Part shown: positions 28,996 through 37,555 of the stretch, piece after piece
How the letters are laid out: each line of letters starts with the position of its first letter
Position numbering within the stretch: the first letter of the stretch is position 1
DNA from: a virus
Taxonomy: Duplodnaviria; Caudoviricetes
Virus record (IMG/VR): IMGVR_UViG_3300037483_001128
Location: 1-61,280 of that record
Strand: one strand, 5' to 3'
Length of the DNA: 61,280 nucleotides
The notes under the pieces: generated by a model
The model's database searches: none
What the model was told of the DNA's origin: nothing
What the model saw: the letters and a program-made list of their open reading frames with translations, nothing else
Program-made: the position numbers and the translations under genes

Positions 28996-29537
28996 TCGAC
29001 TACGACAACCTGACCGAAGACCAGCTGGCCGACGGCCGGATCCCGAATCCGAAGCGCAGCAAGCTGCGCGTGCTGCACCACGGCGGACGCGGCGCCGTCA
29101 TTTGCGATCTGGATGGCACGATTCGCAATGACCACCATCGTCGGCATTTCGTTCAAAAACATCCGAAAGATTGGGCCGCGTTTTATCGCGCCTGCGTAGA
29201 CGATACACCGCATCCTGCGGTTACGGCTACCTTGGACGGCTTTGCGAATCTTGGCTATGATCTCATCATTTTTACTGGATGTTGTCAGTCCATGCGGGCC
29301 GAAACAGAACAGTGGCTGAATTTTTACGAGATCAGCTGTGACTCGATCCGAATGCGTCCGATAGGCGATCACACAGCGGATACTGAACTCAAGAAAAAAT
29401 GGCTGTTTGAGTTATTCACACCCGGGGAGATCGCCAACGGTATTGTGACCTTGGTCCTCGAAGATCGAGACCGCATGGTGGCCATGTGGCGCGAACTCGG
29501 GATACCCTGTTTCCAAGTCGCGCCGGGGGCCTTCTAA
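28992..29537 (+). CDS. HAD phosphatase like the T4 PseT/PNK 3'-phosphatase domain
   Basis: ICDLDGT, MRPIGD and EDR...MWRELGIPCFQV motifs. Confidence 0.88.
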   Translation: MIDYDNLTEDQLADGRIPNPKRSKLRVLHHGGRGAVICDLDGTIRNDHHRRHFVQKHPKDWAAFYRACVDDTPHPAVTATLDGFANLGYDLIIFTGCCQSMRAETEQWLNFYEISCDSIRMRPIGDHTADTELKKKWLFELFTPGEIANGIVTLVLEDRDRMVAMWRELGIPCFQVAPGAF

Positions 29538-29539
29538 CC

Positions 29540-29899
29540 ATGAATACGCCACAACTGGATCTGTCTTTCTCTGAATTGCGTACCGTCAACAGCGAGCGCA
29601 ATGTTCAATGGACCGGGGCCGCCGAACCCTGGGCCGTAGCCGACTACGTGCTGGAATTTGTCGGCGAATTCGGCGAAGCGTGCAACGTGATGAAAAAGTT
29701 GAAGCGCATTGCCTCGGGCATGATCGGTAACACCGCTGACGAGGAAGAAGCCCTGCGCGCCCAGCTTGCGGACGAACTCGGCGACGCGCAGATATGCCTT
29801 GACCTGCTGGCCAACGCAGCCGGCGTGGACTTGGGCGCAGCTACACGGGTCAAGTTCAACAAGACGTCCGTTAAGCACGGTTTTCCGCAAAGGCTGTGA
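29540..29899 (+). CDS. MazG-like nucleotide pyrophosphohydrolase
   Basis: GEFGEACNVMKK...LADELGD...KFN motif. Confidence 0.88.
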   Translation: MNTPQLDLSFSELRTVNSERNVQWTGAAEPWAVADYVLEFVGEFGEACNVMKKLKRIASGMIGNTADEEEALRAQLADELGDAQICLDLLANAAGVDLGAATRVKFNKTSVKHGFPQRL

Positions 29900-30384
29900 C
29901 TGTGAGAGAGTCGTCCTATTACACATTGGATGAGGTCTGCCAGTTCCTGCTCGGCGCCGCTCCCCTCGGCAAGCATTGGTTCGACGAGACACCCCCCGGG
30001 CGTTCGAACTTCTGGTGGCGAGAGCACTTGCGTCAAGCGATGCGCGCCGGAATGGGGGCCGGACCGCTGCAGGTTCCGGATATAGTAAAAGTGGTGGCCG
30101 ACTTTTACCGAATCAGACCGGGGGTGCTTTCAGGGCACGGGCGCAGTAAAAACATTGTCGGCCCCCGACACATAGCTATGTACTTGTGTCGCAAACACGC
30201 CAACGCATCTTTGCCGGAGATAGGCGATGTATTCAATCGTGACCACACCACCGTTGCCCATGCGCTCAAACAAGTTGAATCAGGACGCTGGACGGTCCCG
30301 CCCAAGCTCGAAGCTCTCCTGGTGCAAGTATTGCAAGAACAAACGAACGATCAAGGGGCATCCATGCCCGCTCTGCAAAGGTAG
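29896..30384 (+). CDS. Protein with a DnaA C-terminal (domain IV) DNA-binding domain
   Basis: RSKNIVGPRHIAMYLCR...SLPEIGDVFNRDHTTVAHA is the DnaA domain IV signature. Confidence 0.88.
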   Translation: MTVRESSYYTLDEVCQFLLGAAPLGKHWFDETPPGRSNFWWREHLRQAMRAGMGAGPLQVPDIVKVVADFYRIRPGVLSGHGRSKNIVGPRHIAMYLCRKHANASLPEIGDVFNRDHTTVAHALKQVESGRWTVPPKLEALLVQVLQEQTNDQGASMPALQR

Positions 30385-30411
30385 CCTGTCGTCGACAGGC
30401 AAGGATCCAAA

Positions 30412-30576
30412 ATGAAAAGTGAACACAAACTGCTTGCCTGCGTCGCGTTTGCGGTTGCCGCGATTTTTGTTTGCCTTGTGTGGTCTGCCGCATATGTTGG
30501 CGCGCACCGCAGCGCTGACGCGGTACGACTTGCAGAACTGGCGGTAGAGGCGAAACGATTGGAGCAGGCGCCTTAG
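30412..30576 (+). CDS. 54-aa membrane mini-protein
   Basis: AAGGA RBS; hydrophobic N-terminal helix. Confidence 0.55.
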   Translation: MKSEHKLLACVAFAVAAIFVCLVWSAAYVGAHRSADAVRLAELAVEAKRLEQAP

Positions 30577-30577
30577 C

Positions 30578-30985
30578 ATGGCAGGTTTTCGTTCCCGGCA
30601 TCGTTACCGTTGTCGTCCGTGCCGTAAAAAAGGTAGTGCCAAAAACCACGGACACTTCACGCTTAGAAAGTCCCCAACTCAACTGGCGAAGAAAGGCCGC
30701 GTACCGAAGTGCCCGCGGTGTCGATCGGACGATGTCGCCGATATGGAGTTCATCCGCCGTCGCGCCGTCGCCAAAAGGAGGGATACTTGTTACTGTGCGG
30801 GAGTCCCCCATCCGCACACCCACGCCAAACATCTGTTATGCGTTCACTTTCCGCATGAACATCTTATTTTTCACTGGCCCCGGGACTACCCAGGGACCCT
30901 TGAGCGCGAACAGGACCTCGAAGAGCGTTCCGAAGATCTGTGGAACCCTCATAACGGCAAGCACCGGCGGGGTAAAACCCGATGA
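30578..30985 (+). CDS. Basic Cys/His-rich Zn-finger protein
   Basis: CRPC, CPRC and CYC...H...C motifs. Confidence 0.65.
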   Translation: MAGFRSRHRYRCRPCRKKGSAKNHGHFTLRKSPTQLAKKGRVPKCPRCRSDDVADMEFIRRRAVAKRRDTCYCAGVPHPHTHAKHLLCVHFPHEHLIFHWPRDYPGTLEREQDLEERSEDLWNPHNGKHRRGKTR

Positions 30986-31542
30986 CCAAAGTGTACCGGC
31001 ATCCCTACAATCGCTCGAAACAACCCAGCCCGTTCGAACGTCCTCCTAAACCGCGTTGGTTGGCCCGATCGTTTGCGGAACACGTAGCCCTCGGCAAAAA
31101 CCGACGGAGCTACCAATACTGGACCCGGATGTTCTACGCGACGCCACCTTGGCTGACCGACGAACACGTACGGCAGATGAAATTCCGGAAAGAAACATGC
31201 CCGGATAACTGTGAACTGGACCACGAAGTCCCCTTGGCGCATCCAATCGTGTGCGGTCTGAATGTGCCGTGGAATCTGGCCGTTAGGCCCAAAACCGAAA
31301 ACCAGCAAAAAAGTAACGCCTGGTGGCCCGACATGCCAATGCAGCCCGTCGATATGTTTTGTGCGCACCGGCATACGACGTTCGAACTGGATCCTGGGCA
31401 TCCCCAACGTCGTAAAAAGAATCGCCCGGCCCGGCGGGCGATTGTGCGAACCGGTGAACAGGGATCCCTTACGTTATCTCGGGGCTCGGCGCTCGGCGCT
31501 CAATCCGTAGAATGTGTGCCAAGTCCAAAATTGCGTCGTTGA
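30982..31542 (+). CDS. HNH-type endonuclease
   Basis: ATPPW...LDHEVPL...VCGLNVPWNL...ENQQKSN motif. Confidence 0.8.
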   Translation: MTKVYRHPYNRSKQPSPFERPPKPRWLARSFAEHVALGKNRRSYQYWTRMFYATPPWLTDEHVRQMKFRKETCPDNCELDHEVPLAHPIVCGLNVPWNLAVRPKTENQQKSNAWWPDMPMQPVDMFCAHRHTTFELDPGHPQRRKKNRPARRAIVRTGEQGSLTLSRGSALGAQSVECVPSPKLRR

Positions 31543-31648
31543 TCAGCTCGACTTCATCGCATATCCGCTGCGGCGTTTTCACCAAAGCGTCGGCTAACGA
31601 CCCCACGTCTTTTGGATCGGGTGCGGCTGGAGCGGTCTCCTCGGTTTT

Positions 31649-31969
31649 TCATACAGTCCTCTTTTTGGCGGTGGGTTTCCGGGAGACGTCCCGGCGCGTT
31701 GTCTCTGTTAGGTTGTGTATGGCTGTGATGCATGAACGCGGAATGTAGACAACCCCGCTCATCTGAATATATTCAACGCTTCCGACGTCTCCCATATTGG
31801 GCGCCAGTGCGATTTGGCTATCCGTGTCTTGGACCAGAAACCCTACAGACACGCACTGGACGACCGGCGCCGGTTCAAAATCAGCCAGTCTTTGCCAGGT
31901 CCCTGACGGCTGACGACTGTCCAGCCACTCAACAAGCACCAGGGGACATTTTTTAGATGAGTGGGTCAT
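31649..31969 (-). CDS. Hypothetical phage protein
   Basis: LVLVEWLDS...CVSVGFL motif, which I recall from small phage proteins; overlaps the end of the primase gene. Confidence 0.7.
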   Translation of the reverse strand: MTHSSKKCPLVLVEWLDSRQPSGTWQRLADFEPAPVVQCVSVGFLVQDTDSQIALAPNMGDVGSVEYIQMSGVVYIPRSCITAIHNLTETTRRDVSRKPTAKKRTV

Positions 31970-34598
31970 AGGGGACTCTCCTGATGAAACTGCGCTGGCG
32001 GCCCAGCCCCGGGTAGTTGTACCGAATACCAGGTTCGTAGTCCCAGCCGACCATTTTGGTCATCGCCTCGTGTATTTGGTTCGACCACAAGCGGTTCAAT
32101 TTGATTTCGGGTTCGCCGAAGCAATCAACCCAGATTTCGCGCACGCAGGTATAATCTTTCGGAGGCGCTATACTCGGAGACGACGCATCCTCGAATTCGC
32201 CGGCTTTGCCGGGATTGTCCAGCCAGACGGCGATACGGCTGGCCAACCCATCATCGAGTTCACGTTTCTCCTGTTCTTTCTCCGCCATGGCATTGACGCG
32301 GGGATCCAGCCACAGTTGTTCGCCGTTCTGCCAGTACAGCAACGCTTCGGCCCAAATCTGGTCTATGTGGTTGGCCAGCTGGGCGATGTTTACCGTACGT
32401 TGCCCGGTTCGGCTCATGTCGCAACGCACTGGCCAAAAACGGCGATGCCCCGTGGCGTCCGTCAGATAGTGCTGCCGATTGGTCGTCATGACAAACACGC
32501 ACTGCCGGGGATAGTCTTGGGCTACCCGCCCGTATTTCGGTCGCATACGATCCGTGGTACGTGTGACAAACGCTTTGACTTCCTCGTCATTGCGCCGGGT
32601 GACCAGACCTTCACCCTCGGGGAGTTCGCATATCCATTTGGCCGTCATGTTTTCGACCGCTTTTTCCCCGAGATCACGGCCCAGCCCTTCGCAAAACCAG
32701 CTGGAGTTTTTCGCCAACGTCGACAGGAACATGCCTTTGCGTATCCCCTGCAACCCCTCAAGGATCAACATATAGTCCCACTTACTGCCGGGAATTTTTA
32801 TACGGTTGATCGCGCCGCACAGGAATTTGCGGGTAACCGCCCGGGTGTACTCGTTGTCTTCGGCGCCGAGGTAGTCAACCAAAAGTGTTTCTGCGCGCGG
32901 CACTCCATCCCACTTCGGCAAGGACTTGAAGTACGCCAGTACGGGATGAAAGCGGTTTTTGGTTCCTACAACTTCGACAGCCGCGAAGACGGTTTCGGTA
33001 GGGATTTTCTGTAGAGAGTATTTCCGTTCCAGCATCAGCTTGATCTGGGGCACGTCCCGATCGGTAAAAATAGAACCGTTCACCCGGCTGCTTTCCAGTA
33101 AAAAATCCCGTTTGTTTCGGTGCGCTACGCGCCGGGTGAGTACGTGATAGCGTCCGAATTCATTGAATCGAATGTTATGACCCCACTCCGGATCAAAGGC
33201 GAGAATTTTTGAAATGTTGGAAAGCGTGTCCGTGTACATGCCCCTCTTGTCTACGTCCAGGGTAGACTCCCAATCCGGGGGCGTCTGTGGGTTGACAATG
33301 GCCGCGGATGCGATCTTTACCGACAGGTCCGGAGGCCCCCCAAGGATGTCCGATTGATCGTCCTCTGCGTCGTCCGTCTCTTCGGTGCCCGTGACAATCT
33401 GACTATGCGTTCCGGTGTTTTCTTCGGCGGGGTCATCCAAAATATCGTCTTGCCCGGACAAATCGACGTTATCGAACTCGTCGGTGATCATCTGCGCCCG
33501 TTCTCGCGCGACATCTTTTTTCAACTCGGGGTCCGCCTCGATCATCGTCAACATGGCGATATAGCTTGGCCGCTTGTGGACGGGCGTGTCTTCACGACTC
33601 TTTTTGTCCAGAGCACCGAACTTGTGTAGTCGCACCAGGTCAAAACTGTTCACCAGGCGCCCTGAACATGGATCGGACTCGTGGTGTGAGTACAAGAACG
33701 TGTCGTTGTCGTACGTCACAGCGCCATTCGACGTAGTGCCCCCGAGATAGGTATAGCGCCCTGCGGTGCCTTGGGAGTATACGTCCGGAATGAACAGGTC
33801 CATGGCGTCTGAAATTGAATACGCCCGACAAAAAGCACCAATCCATCCAGACTTGCTCCGCGGGTCTGGCGCTCTCTCTTTGACGTGATGGATCAAGGTC
33901 TGACCGTTGTGCGCAGGCCATTGCGTGATGTCCGTCCAATCTGTGTACAGTGCCAGAATGGTGTCTGGGTCCACCCAAACACCTTTATTCTCTTTGTAAA
34001 CATACTCTCCATCGACACTGTGACTGGGGTAGTGCATGACGCGAGTAAACTGGAACGTGGTTTTGTCGTAGTAGTCGATGTTGTACAAGCTCGCCAGCTT
34101 GCGCGCGACGGCTTCATATTCTTCGCCGTTGACCGGACGCGTCAGGGGAAATACTTGACGTAAACGAGGCTTTTCGGGCGAGTGTTTGTGCGTGCTATGC
34201 AGCGCATAGGTCCACGTATTGAACGCTGTCGCGAGTCCGTCGATCCACTCGGATCCAGTCAGGTGATCCAGGTCCAGCGTGATCGCGTCGCGCGATTCGA
34301 GGTTTTCTTTTTTGCGGGTTTTGGTTGAGTAGCGACCGAACACATAGTAGCCAACATCTTTAATGCGATCCTGGGTATCTTTGTCAAGGCCCATGTATTT
34401 TTTATATGTTTCGGTCGTGACGACAGGCTTGCGCAAAGCCGCAGTGAAGGCAGCCCATGTGGTACTGGTATTGTCGATTTTGTTGCTGGTAACTGTACCA
34501 CCCACAGCCAGAGACAAGAGTCTGCCGCCAGGCGGTTGTTTGACTGACAGGGGTACTACCGAAGTCCCGGATGCGGCCATACTGGCAGGCTCCTGCAC
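31953..34598 (-). CDS. Primase-helicase (AEP-like N-domain plus virulence-associated E ATPase)
   Basis: LDLD and HSTHKH...PRLR primase motifs; EGLQGIRKG Walker A; TTNRQHYLTDATGHRRFWP. Confidence 0.92.
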   Translation of the reverse strand: MQEPASMAASGTSVVPLSVKQPPGGRLLSLAVGGTVTSNKIDNTSTTWAAFTAALRKPVVTTETYKKYMGLDKDTQDRIKDVGYYVFGRYSTKTRKKENLESRDAITLDLDHLTGSEWIDGLATAFNTWTYALHSTHKHSPEKPRLRQVFPLTRPVNGEEYEAVARKLASLYNIDYYDKTTFQFTRVMHYPSHSVDGEYVYKENKGVWVDPDTILALYTDWTDITQWPAHNGQTLIHHVKERAPDPRSKSGWIGAFCRAYSISDAMDLFIPDVYSQGTAGRYTYLGGTTSNGAVTYDNDTFLYSHHESDPCSGRLVNSFDLVRLHKFGALDKKSREDTPVHKRPSYIAMLTMIEADPELKKDVARERAQMITDEFDNVDLSGQDDILDDPAEENTGTHSQIVTGTEETDDAEDDQSDILGGPPDLSVKIASAAIVNPQTPPDWESTLDVDKRGMYTDTLSNISKILAFDPEWGHNIRFNEFGRYHVLTRRVAHRNKRDFLLESSRVNGSIFTDRDVPQIKLMLERKYSLQKIPTETVFAAVEVVGTKNRFHPVLAYFKSLPKWDGVPRAETLLVDYLGAEDNEYTRAVTRKFLCGAINRIKIPGSKWDYMLILEGLQGIRKGMFLSTLAKNSSWFCEGLGRDLGEKAVENMTAKWICELPEGEGLVTRRNDEEVKAFVTRTTDRMRPKYGRVAQDYPRQCVFVMTTNRQHYLTDATGHRRFWPVRCDMSRTGQRTVNIAQLANHIDQIWAEALLYWQNGEQLWLDPRVNAMAEKEQEKRELDDGLASRIAVWLDNPGKAGEFEDASSPSIAPPKDYTCVREIWVDCFGEPEIKLNRLWSNQIHEAMTKMVGWDYEPGIRYNYPGLGRQRSFIRRVPYDPLI

Positions 34599-34604
34599 AG
34601 CAGG

Positions 34605-34907
34605 CTACTTGTTGACTTTTACAGGGCGAATAGCCTGAACCGCTTTGTGTGCGCCGGGGCACAGAATCTTGAACGGAATCTTGCCGCGACTCATCCTTTC
34701 GATCTGCAGTCCCCGTAACGGAGGGAATTCTCGAGCCAACAACGAGTTGTTCACTGCTTGCCGGGAAATTCGTAGGGTGGCCGCGATATGATCGATTCCC
34801 CGGCAGTGTTTGTTCAGCAGTTTTTCCAGGGCTTCGCGGGAGATCGTACGAAATCCGGCGGTGACGATTTTTGCGGGGCGACCAACTTTGTTGGATGACT
34901 TGATCAT
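34605..34907 (-). CDS. Cro-like HTH regulator
   Basis: GIDHIAATLRISRQAVN helix-turn-helix; first gene of the divergent operon. Confidence 0.7.
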   Translation of the reverse strand: MIKSSNKVGRPAKIVTAGFRTISREALEKLLNKHCRGIDHIAATLRISRQAVNNSLLAREFPPLRGLQIERMSRGKIPFKILCPGAHKAVQAIRPVKVNK

Positions 34908-34926
34908 GTTAGGTTCCTGGGAGTGA

Positions 34927-34989
34927 TTCGGGTGCCGAAATTTTTACTTAAATTTATTGTTGACGCAGGATAAAACACTCTGCTAGATT
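34927..34989 (+). promoter_or_regulatory. Divergent control region: TTCG-N5-CGAA operator plus sigma70 promoter
   Basis: TTCGGGTGCCGAA at 34927-34939; TTGACG(34960)-N18-TAGATT with an extended -10 TG. Confidence 0.65.
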
Positions 34990-35059
34990 TTGAAAGGTCG
35001 AAAAGCAAAAAATTTTTCGGCCCCGTCAGCCACCCTTTTATACAACGAACGAGGCTCTT

Positions 35060-35488
35060 ATGGAACACAACTTGCACACCGATATCCAGAATCTGACCAA
35101 AGCCGTCTCTGGCTTGACCGCGGCGATCATCGCGCTGACTGCGGTCGCCGCCGGTAGCCCTCCCCGGGGTGTCGCACCCAGCGGGACCGGAACTCCTTCC
35201 CCGGGGAGAAAAGGTCGCATGAACCTGAAAGAGCCTCCGGATCCCCTGAAAAACGAAGCCGGTGTCACGACAAGTGAACCCGCTCTCAACAAAGACGAGA
35301 TTCGCAACCTGTTGAAATCTGTGAACAGTCGGGATTTTTCGTTGGCGACTCTTGCCAAGTTCAAAGTCACGACTCTCAGTGCTCTCGACGCCAAGCACTA
35401 CCCAGAAGTTGCGGAAATGGTCCGGGTAGAACTCGAACGTCAAGCGCTCGCCGCGGCGGACGCCAACTCCGACCCAACCGACGAGTAA
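35060..35488 (+). CDS. Hypothetical protein (position upstream of DUF2800)
   Basis: GAGG RBS; LAKFKVTTLSALDAKHY C-terminal motif. Confidence 0.75.
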   Translation: MEHNLHTDIQNLTKAVSGLTAAIIALTAVAAGSPPRGVAPSGTGTPSPGRKGRMNLKEPPDPLKNEAGVTTSEPALNKDEIRNLLKSVNSRDFSLATLAKFKVTTLSALDAKHYPEVAEMVRVELERQALAAADANSDPTDE

Positions 35489-35494
35489 GCGCTT

Positions 35495-36751
35495 ATGTCC
35501 AATAACGATTATTTGTTGGATGTCGACCCCGGGGCGCGTCACTCCCCCGTCGGCGGGAGCGTCATGGACCGGGTGCTGCTCTGTCCTGGCTCGGTTCTTG
35601 CATGTCACGGACTTCCGAACAAGTCCTCGAAATTTGCGGACGAGGGGAGTTTCGCGCATGCGTTTGCGGAATACTGGCTGCGTCACCGTTACCAGATCCC
35701 CGAAGGCGGATGCGGCGGATCATCCGCATTCAAGGGGGACCCGACAGTGCTCGCCGGGTGGGAAACCCCACAATGGCCTGGTTACACCGTGACCGAAGAT
35801 ATGGTGGCCGAAGTCCGCAAGTACATCCTGTACATCGACACGATCCTGAACGCCAATCCCGGTGCGGAGATCGCCGTGGAAGTGGCCCTGGACTACAACC
35901 ACCTGATTCGCAGCGGCTCAGGCACCGTGGATTGTGTCATCATCTGTGACACTATCCTGCACGTAGTTGATCTGAAATACGGCGCGGGTCTCGTGATACA
36001 CGCCACGGAGAACAAACAACTCCTGACGTACGCGACCAGTGTCAACGAAATCTTCGGATCCTTGTACGACTATATGGAAATCGAGGTTCACATCGGGCAA
36101 CCCCGACGCGACCACTTCGATTCGTGGCGTTTCGAAAGACCACGAGCCGAACAGTTCGCGACGGCGCTGAAAACGATCGGGCAGCTGATCGTTCGCCCCA
36201 ACCCACCGTTCAACCCCGGGGAAAAACAGTGCTATTTTTGCCCGGCAAGCGGCAACTGCAAAGCCCAGTTGGAGAAATTCCAGAAAGAGGTTTCCGAGGA
36301 GTTTAGCAACATTTCAGACCCCGCAGACCTGCCTCTGAATGCGTTTCTGCACATCTTGGGTGATATCCCGTTATGGACCGGACTTTTCAGCAAGTGGCAA
36401 GCCCGGCTCGAACAAGCCCTGCTGGCTGGAGAAGACATACCCGGCTGGAAGCTGGTGCGCGGTCGCCGAGGCAATCGTCAGTGGGCTCTCGAAGACACGG
36501 TGGTCGTCGAAACGCTGACTGACGAATTGGCGATCGACAAGACGGAGTTGTTTGAACCCGCCAAGTTGAAGTCCCCGTCGAAAATGGAAAAGCTGTTGAA
36601 AGCCATTCCGCCGGACCTGGAAAAGAAACTCATTACTCAAGCCGAAGGCAAAGTTACGATCGCGCCAGCCACTGACAAACGTCCGGCAATCAAGCCGTCG
36701 GACGTTACGGAGGAATTTTCGGACGTGTCGAACGACGCGTTCCCGGAATAG
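35495..36751 (+). CDS. DUF2800 Cas4-like PD-(D/E)xK exonuclease
   Basis: HS...CPGS, EGSFAH, GTVD, VVDLKYG, QLLTY and CYFCPA...C motifs. Confidence 0.92.
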   Translation: MSNNDYLLDVDPGARHSPVGGSVMDRVLLCPGSVLACHGLPNKSSKFADEGSFAHAFAEYWLRHRYQIPEGGCGGSSAFKGDPTVLAGWETPQWPGYTVTEDMVAEVRKYILYIDTILNANPGAEIAVEVALDYNHLIRSGSGTVDCVIICDTILHVVDLKYGAGLVIHATENKQLLTYATSVNEIFGSLYDYMEIEVHIGQPRRDHFDSWRFERPRAEQFATALKTIGQLIVRPNPPFNPGEKQCYFCPASGNCKAQLEKFQKEVSEEFSNISDPADLPLNAFLHILGDIPLWTGLFSKWQARLEQALLAGEDIPGWKLVRGRRGNRQWALEDTVVVETLTDELAIDKTELFEPAKLKSPSKMEKLLKAIPPDLEKKLITQAEGKVTIAPATDKRPAIKPSDVTEEFSDVSNDAFPE

Positions 36752-36754
36752 CGC

Positions 36755-36782
36755 TTGACGCGAGCAAAAATTTCCCTAAACT
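36755..36782 (+). promoter_or_regulatory. Sigma70-like promoter for the SSB gene
   Basis: TTGACG-N16-TAAACT. Confidence 0.55.
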
Positions 36783-36789
36783 GGTCGTA

Positions 36790-36857
36790 ATGCGTGAGGG
36801 TGTCGGCTTCGGATGCCAAGTTAAAAACTTGGACGTAGAGTCCGACAACCAAACGCA
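36790..36857 (+). ncRNA. Candidate structured 5' leader of the SSB gene
   Basis: Nested stems TGCGT/ACGCA, TGTCGG/CCGACA and CCAAGTT/AACTTGG. Confidence 0.4.
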
Positions 36858-36896
36858 GTAAACGATAAACCCATAAACGAAGAACGGAGATACCCC

Positions 36897-37502
36897 ATGG
36901 CCCCACAAGCCCCCGCAGTAAAACCCGCCGCTGACATCGTCAAACTGGATAATGTTCGGCTCTCGTTCCCCGCCCTCACTGAATTCGAGCAGTACGAAGG
37001 CAAGTCGACCGGGAAATACACCGCCACTTTCCTGATCGACAAAAAGACCCAAGGTCCCCTCATCAAGAAAATCGAAGCGGCGATCGAGCGCGCCACCGCG
37101 GCTGCGTGGCCGACCAAACGCCCCAAAGACATTATCATTACCCTGAAAGATGGTGACGATGAGACCTACGATGGCTACGCCGGCAAGATGTCACTGAAAG
37201 CCGGTCGCAAAAACCGTCCGCATTTGCTGGCCGCGAATCGCGATCCGCTGTCGATCGAGGAGGCCAATGAAATCCTGTACGCCGGTTGTTATGTGAATGC
37301 CAGCGTCGACTTCAACGCGACGAAAGACGGCTACGGCAAGTTTCGTGTTTGGTGCAACTTGCGCGGAGTGCAATTCTACAAGCAAGGCGAACGTTTCGCG
37401 TCTGGTATACCGGTCAATGTCGATTCCGAGTTCGACGACTTTTCTGACGATTCCGACGACGGCTTGCTGGACGACTTGGCTACCGATCCGCTGGACGATT
37501 GA
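36897..37502 (+). CDS. ssb: DUF2815 (gp2.5-like) ssDNA-binding protein
   Basis: VRLSFP, LKDGD, YAGCYVNA and LRGVQF motifs; acidic C-terminal tail. Confidence 0.92.
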   Translation: MAPQAPAVKPAADIVKLDNVRLSFPALTEFEQYEGKSTGKYTATFLIDKKTQGPLIKKIEAAIERATAAAWPTKRPKDIIITLKDGDDETYDGYAGKMSLKAGRKNRPHLLAANRDPLSIEEANEILYAGCYVNASVDFNATKDGYGKFRVWCNLRGVQFYKQGERFASGIPVNVDSEFDDFSDDSDDGLLDDLATDPLDD

Positions 37503-37555
37503 AACAAGACCTCTCCCGTGCTAACCACACGGGAGAGGCCATCAAGGACAGTACC

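Noticed and set aside
32070-33014. Long antisense ORF opposite the primase-helicase (and similar shadows opposite TerL, capsid, SNF2 and the giant protein)
   Set aside because: Antisense shadows are expected from GC-rich codon bias and show no motifs.
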